A stretch of 64,000 nt of DNA from assembly GCA_946965045.2 (NCBI GenBank), contig OX337234.1, positions 1,674,001-1,738,000 on the forward strand. Reading direction: 5' to 3'. The DNA comes from Epithemia pelagica. Its lineage: Eukaryota > Protista > Bacillariophyta. Positions 49,601 to 62,936 of this stretch are shown in pieces (within the stretch, counting starts at the first letter, position 1; each line of letters starts with the position of its first letter). A model generated the notes under the pieces. The model did not search any database. It had not been told where the DNA came from and saw only the letters and a program-made list of their open reading frames with translations. A program made the position numbers and the translations under genes.

Positions 49601-52286
49601 AGATATCAGTAACCAGAGTATCTCGACCAACAAAGATTTGTGCGACTTTACCGCCATGGTCAACAGCAGGGGTGTCGGAGAAAACCGAGTCAGTAGCAAC
49701 GGGTTCATGACGTCGAGGTATATTAAGGACCGGATTGCGAGCCTTGAAATGTTTCTTGAGGGTGTCGTGGTCAAAAGTAATGCTACCATTACGTGTAGTG
49801 TGCTTGAACGTATCGGCAATAACATCTTCAGATTGCCAACCAAAGAATGGACGGAACTTCTTCCAGTCATACGCTTCCTGGTAACGACGGTGGACAGAGG
49901 CATGAAGTGTAGGATCATTACCTTCTGCGTCAGCATAGATAGAAAAGAAGGGTGCGTCGTCAGGTCCATGATCATATGGGAGATCCAAAAGGAGATTGAG
50001 GTTACAAACAACACGATCAGTGTACTCCCCATAGTTGTCATATGGATGGTTCGACATACTACCATCAGTCTTGACGTGTTTCCAATCAGGATCATTGTCA
50101 GAGGGTGTGGGAGAATACGAATGGTCCAGAACACCAGGATCCCATGTGTCGGGTGACGTGAAGATGATCTGAGGTAAGGTATCCATGTCATCGTCGCTGG
50201 GGATACCCAAGGAGTGGATGTAGGCTAACCCATCCTTGATGTGAAGGGGTATGGCACGACCATCAAGTGTAGTGATGCGTTGTTTACCATCAACTTTAAC
50301 AGATCGTTCATCAACAGCAAGTCCGAAATGCTCGAATTGACCAGGAGCATGGATAGATAAGCCCTTCCCATAATAAGCATATTCATTGAAGATGCCGACA
50401 ATAGGTCCATCATTGGTCTCAAACTTTGCGGCACATGTGACGACAGGAAGTCCAGTAAGTTCATGGTTATCAATACCCACAATAGTGATATGGCGGCCAG
50501 TCTTAGAAAGGATGCGCATGTCAGAACCAGCAAGTCCTCCATTAGCACCACGGTCAATCAATTGATTCCCTGGTAAAGTAGATTTCCTGGAAAACAAATA
50601 GCGTGGAACATGTCCTGCTTGTTTATGCATGTTGGCTTTGAAAGTAACCTTCTTGCTCGTTTTGGACTTGGCGTTAGAAAGAACACTAGTCAGGTCAGTT
50701 GCCGGGTGATTGATATCAGTCGTCATGGCTTGGTTGATAAATTGTGTAACCGGATCTGAATCATCTGAATGCTCAGGGACTACGCCAGGTGAGTCGTCAT
50801 CAGATGCAACTTGGTTGGGGTCAGGATCAGGTTCCGGATCAATGTCGAGGGCATGTGTTTGCACTGTCCTCGGTGTTGTTGATGAAGGTGCTTGAATCAT
50901 CTTGTTATACTCAATGATCAACTTGCGATCTTCTTCAGAAAGTTTGAACCATAGGTCACGCGGTAGACTAACCTTGGACGAAGAGGATGGAGATTCAGAT
51001 GTCGCTTTGGTGTTGTGGACATGATACTCCATATCATCTTGTGAGGTTATGTCAGCATCTGTATCATGTTGTTTGACATGTCGACGGCGACTATGAACAG
51101 ATGACTGGGTTGCTTGATCATGGTCATAAGCTGCGTCTAGAAGGAGACGGAAGTATGATTGATAGCAAAGGGATTTTGCACCGGATTTGGTGTTCACCAC
51201 ATTATCCAAGATCTTGACTCGGCGGAGATCAGGTACCTTTTCTACAGCTTGCATGAGGAAGGTCATCCTGGTATGATCAGGGATGCGATCAGACAATGTC
51301 ACTAAATTGTCTAGCAAACGTAGCTGCTCTTGAAAATGTAGAAGAAATTGACGTGTTGTTCCGCGCCATGTGTCGTCAAGACGTAGATTGGAAATGTAGT
51401 TGGTTAAGCGGAGGACTTCTCGCTTTGCTAGGTCGGATTCGGTATGCAAAGAGTGTAACTTCTGCAATACGGCACGCGCATCTTCATCATGTTCATGTTC
51501 ACGTACATAGGCTCGACCTTGGTCAGTCTGAATGATACGGACAAGAACGGAGTAAAGAAATACTTGTTGCTCTTGAAAAAGTTCTTCGGCATACTCATGT
51601 TCTTCGGCATACTCATCATCATGGGGTGGTGTGTATTTGAAATTCAGAACGTTGGATAGGCCTTGGGCCTTAGCTGTAGTCTTGAATACACGCCAGAATG
51701 AATCGTAGTATCGTTCATCCTTGAATACCTCATATGCAGTTGCGTCGCGCTTAGTTCCCTTTCTGAATGCTGTAAGGTCTTGTTGAGATTGGGATGCGGC
51801 AGTAACTGTGCTGACAGATTTCACAGATGACGGTGACTTCATTGGCGAGACTGGGACTTGGCTAGGTGGTCCCTTAGAGAAATCTGTGTTGATCCTCCAA
51901 GTGTTGAACTCTTTCCTCGTTAGGTTCATCCAGTCGCTATTGGATAGCTCGTCTTGAATTTCATTGGTCTTGTATGTGGCCCAATAAGCCAAGAGCTTGA
52001 TCTGCTGTCTTGTGGGGCCTTGTAGATCATGTGTCTGTTTGTTGACCTTGTATTGTGTCAGTTCCTTCATGGATTCCTCGGTATTAGTTTGCATATACGA
52101 GATAACATGGGTAATGTTCTCAAAACCATGGTATTTCATCCACTTCATTAAGTAGTCGGCCCTTTCTTTGGTGAAGAATTGGCAGACAGTAAATATGATG
52201 TGGTCGAATAGGTCTGTGTCCGAGACATTGTCTTGGTTATCTTCTCCCTTAGGAGTCGTAGGTGTCTTGGGTGATTGAGGATCCAT
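46599..52286 (-). CDS. Gag-Pol polyprotein, 1895 aa: gag, protease, integrase, chromo-like segment, RT, RNase H (copia order)
   Basis: LIDRGANGGLAG (PR); VATDSVF / LISDGG / NKAENRY (IN DDE); YNLLVDWETGETTYEPL; KARLVADG, LYGLKSSG, YVDDL (RT); YVDANL, ATYGSEF, GDNRSV, NPADILSK (RNase H). Confidence 0.97.
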
Positions 52287-52606
52287 GGTGTTATTTGGTT
52301 GGTTCGATGTTTATTTAATGTGCGGTGTGATGTGGTTTATTTAATGTGTGATGTGATGTGAACCCGGATGTACCACGTGTGCCACGTATGTACCACGTAT
52401 GTGATACCCGGATGTGTGTTGTGATGTGCGACTCCTGGAAATTTCCGTTGATTTCGACAAATTTTCGCCGAGTTTCAACAAATTTTCGCCGAATTTTCGC
52501 GATTTGTCGGGAATGTGTGGCGTGTTGTGCGACCAAGGGTACCCGGATGTGCGTTGAGTTTAAGTCTTGGAAAGGTTTTGAGAGGACGGGAGTTAACTAT
52601 GAGTAA

Positions 52607-53386
52607 CTAAGCTTCGGTCTCCGAATCCTCACCCTCTTCCGAATGATCAGAGTCGCTTCCAGGCTCAGATGGGGCAGCACAAGCAACAGAAGAAGGGGTA
52701 TCACCTTCAGCCAGGTGGTTCTCGACCTCGGTACGCAAAGGGTAGATAGTTGCACGATGGTCCTCGATGGTATGGACCTCGTGGATGTAGGCAACGTAGT
52801 TATCTAGGCGTACAACGTTAGGAGGCAGAGGGCAAGTCGTCGCGTTCACGACGTGGATGGTATTGTAGTATCCAGTTGGGCGCTCGAAGGTTAGGAAGCG
52901 GAGGTGGACAGTACGGATGGGGTTGCCCGAGAGGGCGGCAAAGATGAGGCGACGCCTCGGAGAACGATGAAGTTGGTCGTTCAGACGGTCAATGTCTTCT
53001 TGGTCGACGATGTGGGTCACCGATTGGAACTGGGGTTCGATCTGAGTCTCCCCACGGATGATCTCGGGATCGAAGGTCGAACAAGTTGGTTGGCGGAAGT
53101 ACTTGATATGATCAGCAATCAACCGGGTGGTACGACGGGATCGAGAAGGGACGAGCCGACGAGGCGGACTCGGGGGCCGAAGCAACGGCGCAGGGATCGG
53201 AGCGTGAGGCTGGGTTGGAGTCTCGAATGGGTTGCTGTTGGAACTGTCGACGGAGATGTTGACCGATGTGTTGGCTGCCTTCGGCGTCGGCACCAGTTCC
53301 TGCTGCACCAGGGTATCGGGCTGCCCGGGATGCAGTTTGGCTCGATAGATCTGTCGTAGAGGAGTGATAAGCTCGTTAGAATCCAT
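52607..53386 (-). CDS. Extra upstream ORF of the copia element, 259 aa, unknown function
   Basis: ATG 36 nt inside the 5' LTR end and open to TAG. Pro-rich N-terminus, globular-looking middle, acidic tail. Separated from gag by a 320-nt spacer. Confidence 0.75.
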   Translation of the reverse strand: MDSNELITPLRQIYRAKLHPGQPDTLVQQELVPTPKAANTSVNISVDSSNSNPFETPTQPHAPIPAPLLRPPSPPRRLVPSRSRRTTRLIADHIKYFRQPTCSTFDPEIIRGETQIEPQFQSVTHIVDQEDIDRLNDQLHRSPRRRLIFAALSGNPIRTVHLRFLTFERPTGYYNTIHVVNATTCPLPPNVVRLDNYVAYIHEVHTIEDHRATIYPLRTEVENHLAEGDTPSSVACAAPSEPGSDSDHSEEGEDSETEA

Positions 53387-53409
53387 GAAACCACAAGGAA
53401 ATAAGCTTT

Positions 53410-53422
53410 GAGACTGTTAATC
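53410..53422 (-). promoter_or_regulatory. Primer-binding site complementary to a tRNA-Asn(GUU) anticodon arm
   Basis: Minus strand GATTAACAGTC(TC) directly follows the LTR CA. Its complement GA-CUGUUAA-UC is a 7-nt anticodon loop closed by two pairs. Confidence 0.7.
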
Positions 53423-54205
53423 TGTTACAATTCTTTCTGAATCGTAGGGACATTGATGCTCGGTAGAGCAGACAATCAGGTAGGTCACCAACCGATACAA
53501 GCTTCTCAGGGTCAGAGAAGCAAGCAAGTCGAAGTCTATCAGAAGGATAGTCGGGACACAAAAGAGGATGTGATAAATGGTGATATTGTTAGATTGTGTG
53601 TTGATTACTACGATAGGTCTACGTGAAATGTTCGGTCCTGCCAAGGGTCATGTGTCATAGGTTCTTGGCGGCAACAGGTTTGGAATAGTTGGAGTTGATT
53701 CATGTGATGTATATGACATGTATATGTGGGCGGATAACATATACAGGGTCAACAGCTCTTGCTTTGGGTTGGCATAGTTGTTTTCATGGCGCGCAGCTTG
53801 TTGACAATTTGGAGATTGTGGGAATGGAAATATGGTCTCGCGTGATCGTGTGTCGTGCTTGGGATACTTAGACCGTTGGATCGGATAGATGCCGATAGCG
53901 CTCGGATGTCGCTTGGGCGCGCTCGATGATTTCGGGCGCGTACGCTTAGGGCGTTAGTATAATGTCCGAGCAACGGCCAAATTTATGTCCGTTGTAATAC
54001 CGCACGACCCAGTTTAGTCTTGAGAGTGAGTTCGTCAATCTATTCTCACTTTTCATGATTTGCGAAGAAATATAGGTCGATATAGCGCGAAGCTAGGAAA
54101 CATAGCTCGAAGCTAGAGGGCATGATGCGATAGCACGAGGCTATGTGACATGGGGAATCGATGAGATGTAGAATCTAACCACCATAGACGGTGAGAATTC
54201 TAACA
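53423..54205 (-). repeat. 5' LTR
   Basis: 783 bp, TGTTAG...GTAACA on the minus strand; matches 45822-46604. Confidence 0.97.
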
Positions 54206-55333
<1,128 letters not shown>

Positions 55334-55569
55334 CGATCGTAATCCCGGGACCAAATTTGCCGCTTTGTAACAGAGCAATATTGATCTTTCATGGACGTCT
55401 GAGCAATAGGTGTATATTTGACACCAAACTTCTGACGCAATGCAGAATTTAGATTTTTCCATGCTTTGATTGTTGTCTTCTTGAAAATATTGCCGACTGT
55501 TGACGCCAGGTATCTCCTGACCTGGTTGATGGATGGTGTAAATCTTTCCTCTTCGAGCTATTTTTAGGT

Positions 55570-55664
55570 ATTGGCTTCATTAACAAATACACGATTGTCA
55601 GACAAGCAATGACTCCACAGGAGTGCGAATCCTTCTGGTGGTGTTCGGAAGAGGCAAAGTGCAT
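55570..55664 (-). pseudogene. Ulp1/C48-like cysteine peptidase catalytic-Cys fragment
   Basis: HQKDSHSCGVIACL fits Q-x-(D/N)-x2-(S/D)-C-G. Confidence 0.55.
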
Positions 55665-55948
55665 CTACAACACCTACTGCAATGAAGACACCAAAGAAAA
55701 AACCGCCTCCTCGGTCACCTACCAGATCGTCACAGAGACTTTCCAGTAAACGAGGTAGCAATGATGACGTAAATGAAAAGGAATCAGATGAAGTCGATAA
55801 ACTACTGAAAGACTTACAAGAAAATGCCAAAATTCAATAACATCAGATGAAAAATAAACAGAGAACAACAAGGAATGATACTGTGAGATAAGTGAAAGGT
55901 ACATGGAGACAAAAGAAGCAAGCGTACGAAAGACAATTTATATGGTTA

Positions 55949-56548
55949 TTAGGAAATGGTAATTGAACAGAAAGAACAGAAAAAGAAAGAGTAGTAACAA
56001 ATGCAGCCTGATTTGTTTGAGATGTGGTTGACGTTTTTTTTTGCAATGGTCTTCATGATAGCCACTAAGTCTTTCGACAGATGAGTTGTTGCCAGCTCCA
56101 AAACCTTATCCCGTGTCTCGGCTTTCTGCAATGATTGTCCCAGTGCACTAAAGAGTGGGTTTATATGCCCCCATTCTTTCTTGGGCAACCACGATTCCAA
56201 AAACTTAGAGTATTGGTCACCGTAAGTAACTCTCCGGTGGTTCCATCCAAGTAGTTGACACCAGCAAATCACGTGTACATCGGAAGGTATGCCATCAACT
56301 CGTTGGAATGCCGACGTAATAAGGATGTTTGCTGTTTTGTAACCAACACCGTGGAGGGTCGACAATTCTTGAATGGTGATGTCGGGAGGGATATACCCTT
56401 TGTGTTTCTGCACAAAGTAGTCGGCAGCGTTGATTATTCGCTCAGCATTATTGTGGAACCGACCTGGTTTGGCAATTAAGGCACAAAAAGCGTCGACTCC
56501 GAGCTTTTGCATAATTGCCTCATAGCTCTTTGGAAATGGGTGATCCAT
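55949..56548 (-). pseudogene. HhH-GPD DNA glycosylase (endonuclease III/Nth-like), N-terminally truncated, no Fe-S motif
   Basis: GRFHNNAERI, ELSTLHGVGYKTANIL (HhH with catalytic Lys), GIPSDVHV (catalytic Asp), LESWLPKKEWGHINPLFSALGQ. Confidence 0.8.
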
Positions 56549-56749
56549 ATTGACTGGGCGAAATTTGACCAGTTCTTTGAAGAAAGCATTGATGAAAAAC
56601 GTGATTTCACCAGTTCTTTGTAGAAACCATTGATGAAAAAAGTGATTATTCCATGTATGAGGGCGTAATCAATTTGTTTGAAGCTTATGAATACGTTGTC
56701 GTCGACAAACTGTGGCCCAAAAAGAAACCTGCTAGGAAGGAGCCGATAC

Positions 56750-57165
56750 CCAAGAAGCTCATGAAATATGAACATGTTTGTTGTTACTGTGTTATCTGCC
56801 CAGTTTGTTTCAATGATCCGTCTGTGTCTCTAGCCAAATCCATCATTGGCTGTTCCGGCAAAACATCCAACATATCGCAACATGTAACTGGGAGTCACCA
56901 AGACATCACATTTGAGGATGACAAGCAGGACAACCAGGCTACTCTTTGACAATTTACAACAAGCCAAGTTGTGACACGGGCTGGTATCCGGACTGAATTT
57001 CGCCCACTTATCTACGAGTTCATCAACGGTTGCTGCCTACCGACATCGACTGTTGAAAAACCAGAATTTCGATCGTTATTAAAATTCGCTACATCACATG
57101 GTCTTCAATTGAAAGACTCCAAAGAAGCCGAGAATATGAGCAGTCGTGAGATCACAAATTTGCGC
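56750..57165 (+). pseudogene. hAT-like transposase N-terminal fragment (BED-like finger)
   Basis: ICPVC...KTSNISQHVTGSH, then IYEFINGCCLPTSTVEKPEFRSLL. Confidence 0.6.
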
Positions 57166-57850
57166 GTTTGAATTGTCGTTGTAATTTGATGCAATGTTCT
57201 TCAGACAGGCGGGAGGATGGAAATGGATAGGTGATACTGGGGGGATACACGGCATGGTAGTATGCCCATGCATCAGTGCGAGAAAAGGGACTGCAAGCCG
57301 TTGTGGTGGTATGAGTGGCATTCTTGACCTTAAGTGCATTGAAGAGACTAGAGGGTATTTTTGCACTCCAAGAGTTTTGTGACTTGCGTATGCTTTGATC
57401 TGTTTCAGATCCTTAGGTTCAGCGTCTCGGGTAAATTGGATTTGGATTCGAGGACCGAACTCTCCATGTTGCATCATTGGAACACCGTCTACGGTGAAAG
57501 TGTAGTAGACGAAGTGATACGAGCACTTGGTTGTTTGTAGGGCTCCTCCCGAAACACTCAAGAAATCGTTCCAGCATTGGGCGTCATGAGTTGCTCATTG
57601 TATGTAGTGAGCCGGATCTGCACTCTGTTGTATGTCAAAATTGTTGGTGGTTGATCCGCTCGTGTCGTCGACAAAGCCAATCATGAATACTCTTGCTTGC
57701 ACTGAGCCGTCTGGAGATTTAAAAGTAGCTCCGTGTGCCCGTTCTTTGTAGGCATCGAATAGAACACAACTTATTACGCACCATATCATTGCGGGTAAGT
57801 TCCCAGCACCCTGCCCTGAATCGTAGATAGGGAAAATTTTGGAGCCAGGA
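57165..57850 (-). pseudogene. Non-LTR (LINE) reverse transcriptase fragment
   Basis: PIYDSGQGAGN, IGFVDD, DAQCWNDFLSVSGGALQTTKCSY, KTLGV, AWAYYHAVYPPSITYP. Confidence 0.85.
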
Positions 57851-58999
57851 GGCAGCAGCTGCCAAGACATCACTATCCACTGGAGAGGAAGGACCCAAAC
57901 TTTGTTACCATTACTCTCTCAAGACTTATCCATTTGTTGGGAAAACCATCCATGGAGAGTCAACCATTGTCTTGTGTTTGGAAACCTGTGTTTCAGCAGA
58001 ATATCTCTGTAGAAAAGGTTGATGAAAATACCTGACAGTTGGGTTAACCAGAAACACCTAAAGACAATTTGTTTAAAAAAAGAAGCTGTATCAACTCTTG
58101 AACCAACCTCATGTATCACAGCAAAGCCAATGTTCTATTGTGTTTCAGGTGTAGACATATTCCCTAGTTGGGCTTTTCTCTTTATTTGGCTGTGCTGTGC
58201 TCAACGGTAGGGATATGAAATACTGGGGGATCTAGTTGGGCTTTTCTGTTTATTTGGCTATGCTCAATGGTAGGGATATGAAATACTGGGGGATTTTCTC
58301 TGAAAGCTTGTCAGAGATGAACCATTGGACCTGTTCTGAATTGACTGATGGAGATGAAGAGTCACCCCTTTCCAAGCTAGAACTTCATGTAGTGTGGTAG
58401 TGTGGATATCAGGCAACTTTTGGAGAGATCTTGTTGTATGCAATTGATCAGAGATGGATCAAACAATGTCATTGCGTGGGAGTTGAAAATGTTCAAATGA
58501 TCATTGGTAGATGCTGGACAACTGCAACAAGAACAATGACTTAACCTGTGTTATGTCAAAAATCTATCAGTCCTATTACAGGATGCAACAAGACCAATGA
58601 CTTAACATGATTTGGTGGAGATACTTTTGGAGGATTGTTTTGCTGTGACCTCCAAATGAGCAGGGGCCGTCTTCTTCTTTCAACAATCAAGGAAACAAAC
58701 CACAGGGAACAAAAGATGAACCAAGCAAACACTTCTACTCTGATGGAGATTTGCATGAAGTCTCTGCTGGAACTCTTGTTGCTGAGATTGCTTCTTCTCT
58801 CTTGAACAATCTAATTGGATCTTCTCTTCAAGCAACAAAGCTCAGCGAAAACAAAACCAGAGGGTCAAACACAAAGCAGTGAAGCCACATTCTTCTTGTT
58901 TGCTGCTGCTTTTCTTGGGTTGGGTTTGGAGTGAAACCTTTGGCCACCTTGGGTGGGACTTTGATGAGAAGAACATGGCAGAGTGCTATAGAGGGATAG

Positions 59000-59574
59000 G
59001 TATTTGACCGAGTTAACAAAATTGAACAATGGGAAGAGAATCAACAGACAATCAACCAAGTCCTCAAATTGGAGGGCCATGTGGTCGTAGTTCCACCAGC
59101 CATCATTGTTGGATCCGTAATCGAAAAAGGTGCAAAACGCGCCGGCATCGGTGATCTGCCGGAGCCGCTTGTGCGTCCCACCAAGGACTTGCTTCGCAGA
59201 GTCCTAGGCCAGGTAGCAACCTCGCCTTCATTGTCCGAATAGAAGCCCCATGCCCAACTGACAAATGCACTAAGCATTAGTCCATGCCCGTCTTCTTTTG
59301 GCAAAAGCACTCCACGCCCTTTTTGGTCCCCCCAACTCTTCTTTGAGAAGGACCATTGCTTAAAGATTGCTTCGTCTTGCCCAACAAGCACAACAGGACG
59401 ATAACCAGAAGGGAAACGATGCGACAAATTTCCTCCCAGCAGCTTGTTTTCATCTTTAATATACGATGAAAAGACATACGGGAAGCAATCAAGATAATAC
59501 TCCCGCGTTGTTTGATTGTTTGTTGGATCTTGGAACTCAAAAGCCCAAACATCCTTCATTAGCTTTTCAGTCAC
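59000..59574 (-). pseudogene. IS630-Tc1-mariner-like DDE transposase fragment
   Basis: VLVGQDEAIFKQ...LLPKEDGHGLMLSAFVS, then after a shift FFDYG...HMALQFEDLVDCL. Confidence 0.6.
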
Positions 59575-62500
59575 ACCGTCGATCTCCCCATTTTCGAGTT
59601 GGATAGCTCTCTTTCAACCACTGCCTTTGCCTTATTTGCTTCAGTTGTTGCCTCCTTAACTGTGTGGAGTTCATCTTGGAGCATTGTTGCTTGTGCTTTC
59701 AATGTTCCAAGCTCCATTTTGAGCATTTCATTTGCCTTTTTTGCTTCGGATGTTGCCTCCTTTGCCGCGTGGAGTTCATCTTGGAGCATCGTTGCTTATG
59801 ATTGCAATGTCGCGAGCTCCTTTTGATTTCAATGTCGTGAGCTCCTTTTCAAGCACTGCCTTCGCATTGTCCACTTCGGGTCCTTGCCCATTTTAATCAG
59901 TTGTTATCCCAATTGGCCCAACTCACAGTCAAGGAACAAGACTTTCTACACGGAGTAGGACTGCGGTATCAGCAGACAAACTGAATCAACACCACAAGGC
60001 TGTTATGACATTTGGAAAAATGCAAATGAAGCTGGACCAGACAGCAAAAAGAAGTCTGCTGGAATCCCTATTGTTGAACCAGACTATGGAAATGAACAAA
60101 ATAAGAAGCTGACTGCAGTCATGAATGCCACTAAAATGATGTTTGGGCAAATTTTGAAACAAGTGCTTTCTTTGAAGGACTACAAAATGTATCAAAAGAT
60201 GGTTTGTAAGTCCCCAGCCAGCACCAGCAACAAAGCCATTTCTGCCCTTTTGTTTACAAGAAAGATCTGGAATCCCTGGCACCTAAACACAGGCTCAATG
60301 ATGCTGTTATTGATTATGGTCACTACTTCTATGCTTCTTTTCAACAAGCAGCGTTAGATTTTTGACAGACAATGGGAGTGGCTGCTTGTCGTGGTGTTGG
60401 GAGAGTTGGTTTGGACCTAGTGATCCTTGCTACCAGTCGTTGTAGACGTTGTGTGTGGTTATTGTTTTGGTTCGGTGGTGAGAGTGGAGCTTGGTTGGCG
60501 ACAGGTGGTGGAAGCAATTCTGTTGGGAGCCCAGGGTAATGGTTTAGCAAGGTTGGATCAAGCGTGAAGGTGTCGAGCGCACTTCTGAGGTACAGGTTGT
60601 ACCCGGTCGGTTCTATGGTGTGGGCGTTGAAGGTAGGGAAGACACCTTCAAACACCGGTAGATTGTAGAGTTGTGAGCAGTGTTGTGGTTGGGGAGGAAG
60701 GATGGGCGCCGTAAAATTAAATACGGTGCATTTCGTTTGGAAGTGATGGTCGATATTGCGAATGCTTGTTAGACAGTCAATGCGTTGTTGTTCGTTGTCG
60801 TTGGGCGGGAAAGGGTGAACTTGGTAGACTGTTCCAAACCAAGTAAAGTCTTGTTCATTGCCAAGTAAAGTCTTGTTCATTGTCCTGTATCGCGTGGGTG
60901 AAGCGTGATACCGAAGGTAGGAAGGATTGGAACATTGTGGGTGATGAGACGGTGATTTGGATGACGGGGACAGTGGCTTTAGTGTCGTTGTCCAGGGTGC
61001 CTGACATGGTTCCATCCCTGAAACCGATATGGTTCTTGAACTGATACAGATCACTGATGTTGGGGGGAAAGGAATGGTTGGATTTGTTTGTGCATGGCTT
61101 CTTGGAGATGGTAGAAGCCCCGCTTATTCTTGATGGCAAGGGTGGGAAGCCGCCAAAAATGCCCATGGCTCTGGCATGGGGCTATTGCATGCGGGTAGAT
61201 ATAGGACAAATTGGTGTGCTCTTGGGTCTGTTATTGGGCCTTTTCGTTGATTCGGCAGATAGCTTTCACTAAGAAACATTGGTGATATCGACACTGGAAC
61301 ACTGTTTGCCCACCACTCATTTCAAGATAGGACTTTTGTAATTCACTCATGGTTCCATAGCTTGCACGTTGAAAGACCATTATATTCCAATCCTCCTGCA
61401 ATAGAGGTAAAGTAGTGATCATGCGTTGGCAAAACGAGTGCCCCCTTTTTCGTTGTTCCCACCACGACGAATGCTCAATCCCACCATGTCTTATAATGTT
61501 CTCGACAAGAAGCTTGACTCTTCTGTCAAATCCGGGTAAGGAGTTTTCAGGAGTCCCGCATGATATGGTGCATATAGCAATACAAGCAAACAGTCCAATG
61601 AGCAGGTATTCACAGCTGCATTTGTTGTACCCCAAGAAGGACCGTAAAACACTGATGATCTTGATTTATCCTTGGAAGGAAATATGGTTGCTTCCTTTTC
61701 CATTTCTGCTACTGCCTGTGAGGCAGCCTGGAATACAGGATACTGGTGTGAATGGCCTTTGCACGGGTCACAATCGGAGGTTCTTGTTCTTCTTTCTTCT
61801 TCCCTTGAATATTAATTAAGTGTCCTTTTGGTTCCAGACCCATACTGGTCATCCTCCATAACACATCAACTCGACACGCTCAACTGCATTTTTCTCCAAC
61901 GCACAACACAACAACACCTACCACTCCCCCCCCCCCCCCCGCTCTCCTCATTGCCACTCTTCCCAAACGCCACAAAGGACTAAGAATCCCTAATGCACAC
62001 AACATGGGTTTCGTATGATTCTCTTGATAACACGTCCAAAAAGGTCTCACTGACACCACAATCCAACACGAAGCTATTCCAAAGTTGATTGCTACATGTC
62101 CACGCTCCGCCATCCCTTCGGGCATCATTACTCTCACAGCGGGATAGCTTCCTTTTGAGACACCAATGACTAAACAGTGAATGCCTAATCTTGATTGAGT
62201 GAATGCCTAATCTTGGTTGAGTGGCACGATCTCTTTTATCTGGGAAAAATGCAACCGATTCACTCAATGAAACGGAGAAGCCTGACCTTCGATTCATACG
62301 AAGCATTTTGCTAGCTTGATAGGATTGATCTAGGCGCCTCTGCACCGTATTCTCCAACCTTTTTTCTTCTCGAATCACCGTATCGTCCACAATTTCCACT
62401 TCACTATGTGTCTATTATAAGAAATACTTATCCAAACCATAGGTAACCTTCCATGAATAAGATTCTCACCTTCGTGATATATTCCTATTGGATCGGCATT

Positions 62501-62615
62501 GTGGTTGTGCGTCAAGGAAGTCGTTGCACTGCTTTTTGGTATTGATATCACATATGTTTTCTTGTTTTTCTTGGTCCACATATTTCTGTGCTTAAAGGTT
62601 ATTCCATGCAAAGCA

Positions 62616-62936
62616 TATATATTTCCTGAATAAGTTTGCCGCGTTTTCCCGCCATTGGTATCTGTTCATGTTTGCTGGATGTAGTTGTGAAAAAATTCCT
62701 GTTTTCTTTTTCATTGGTTGCGTGGAAAAGACAGGCTATAACCAATATATTTCCTAAATAAGTTTGCCGCGTTTTCCCGCCATTGGTATCTGTTCATGTT
62801 TGCTGGATGTAGTTGTGAAAAAATTCCTGTTTTCTTTTTCATTGGTTGCGTGGAAAAGACAGGCTATAACCAATATCGCTATTGATCCACATGAATGAGA
62901 ATCACGTTGAATACCGATCATTTTGTAGTCACGCAC
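62616..62936 (-). pseudogene. Second Ulp1/C48-like fragment overlapped by a 128-bp tandem duplication
   Basis: IQRDSHSCGSIAIL; taagtttgccgcg... starts at 62631 and 62759. Confidence 0.55.

Noticed and set aside
47305-51535. Plus-strand ORFs opposite gag-pol
   Set aside because: Antisense shadows of a long coding frame; no independent motifs.
61231-61800. HMG-box or JmjC-like gene
   Set aside because: Only a vague resemblance across frameshifts; key residues could not be placed.
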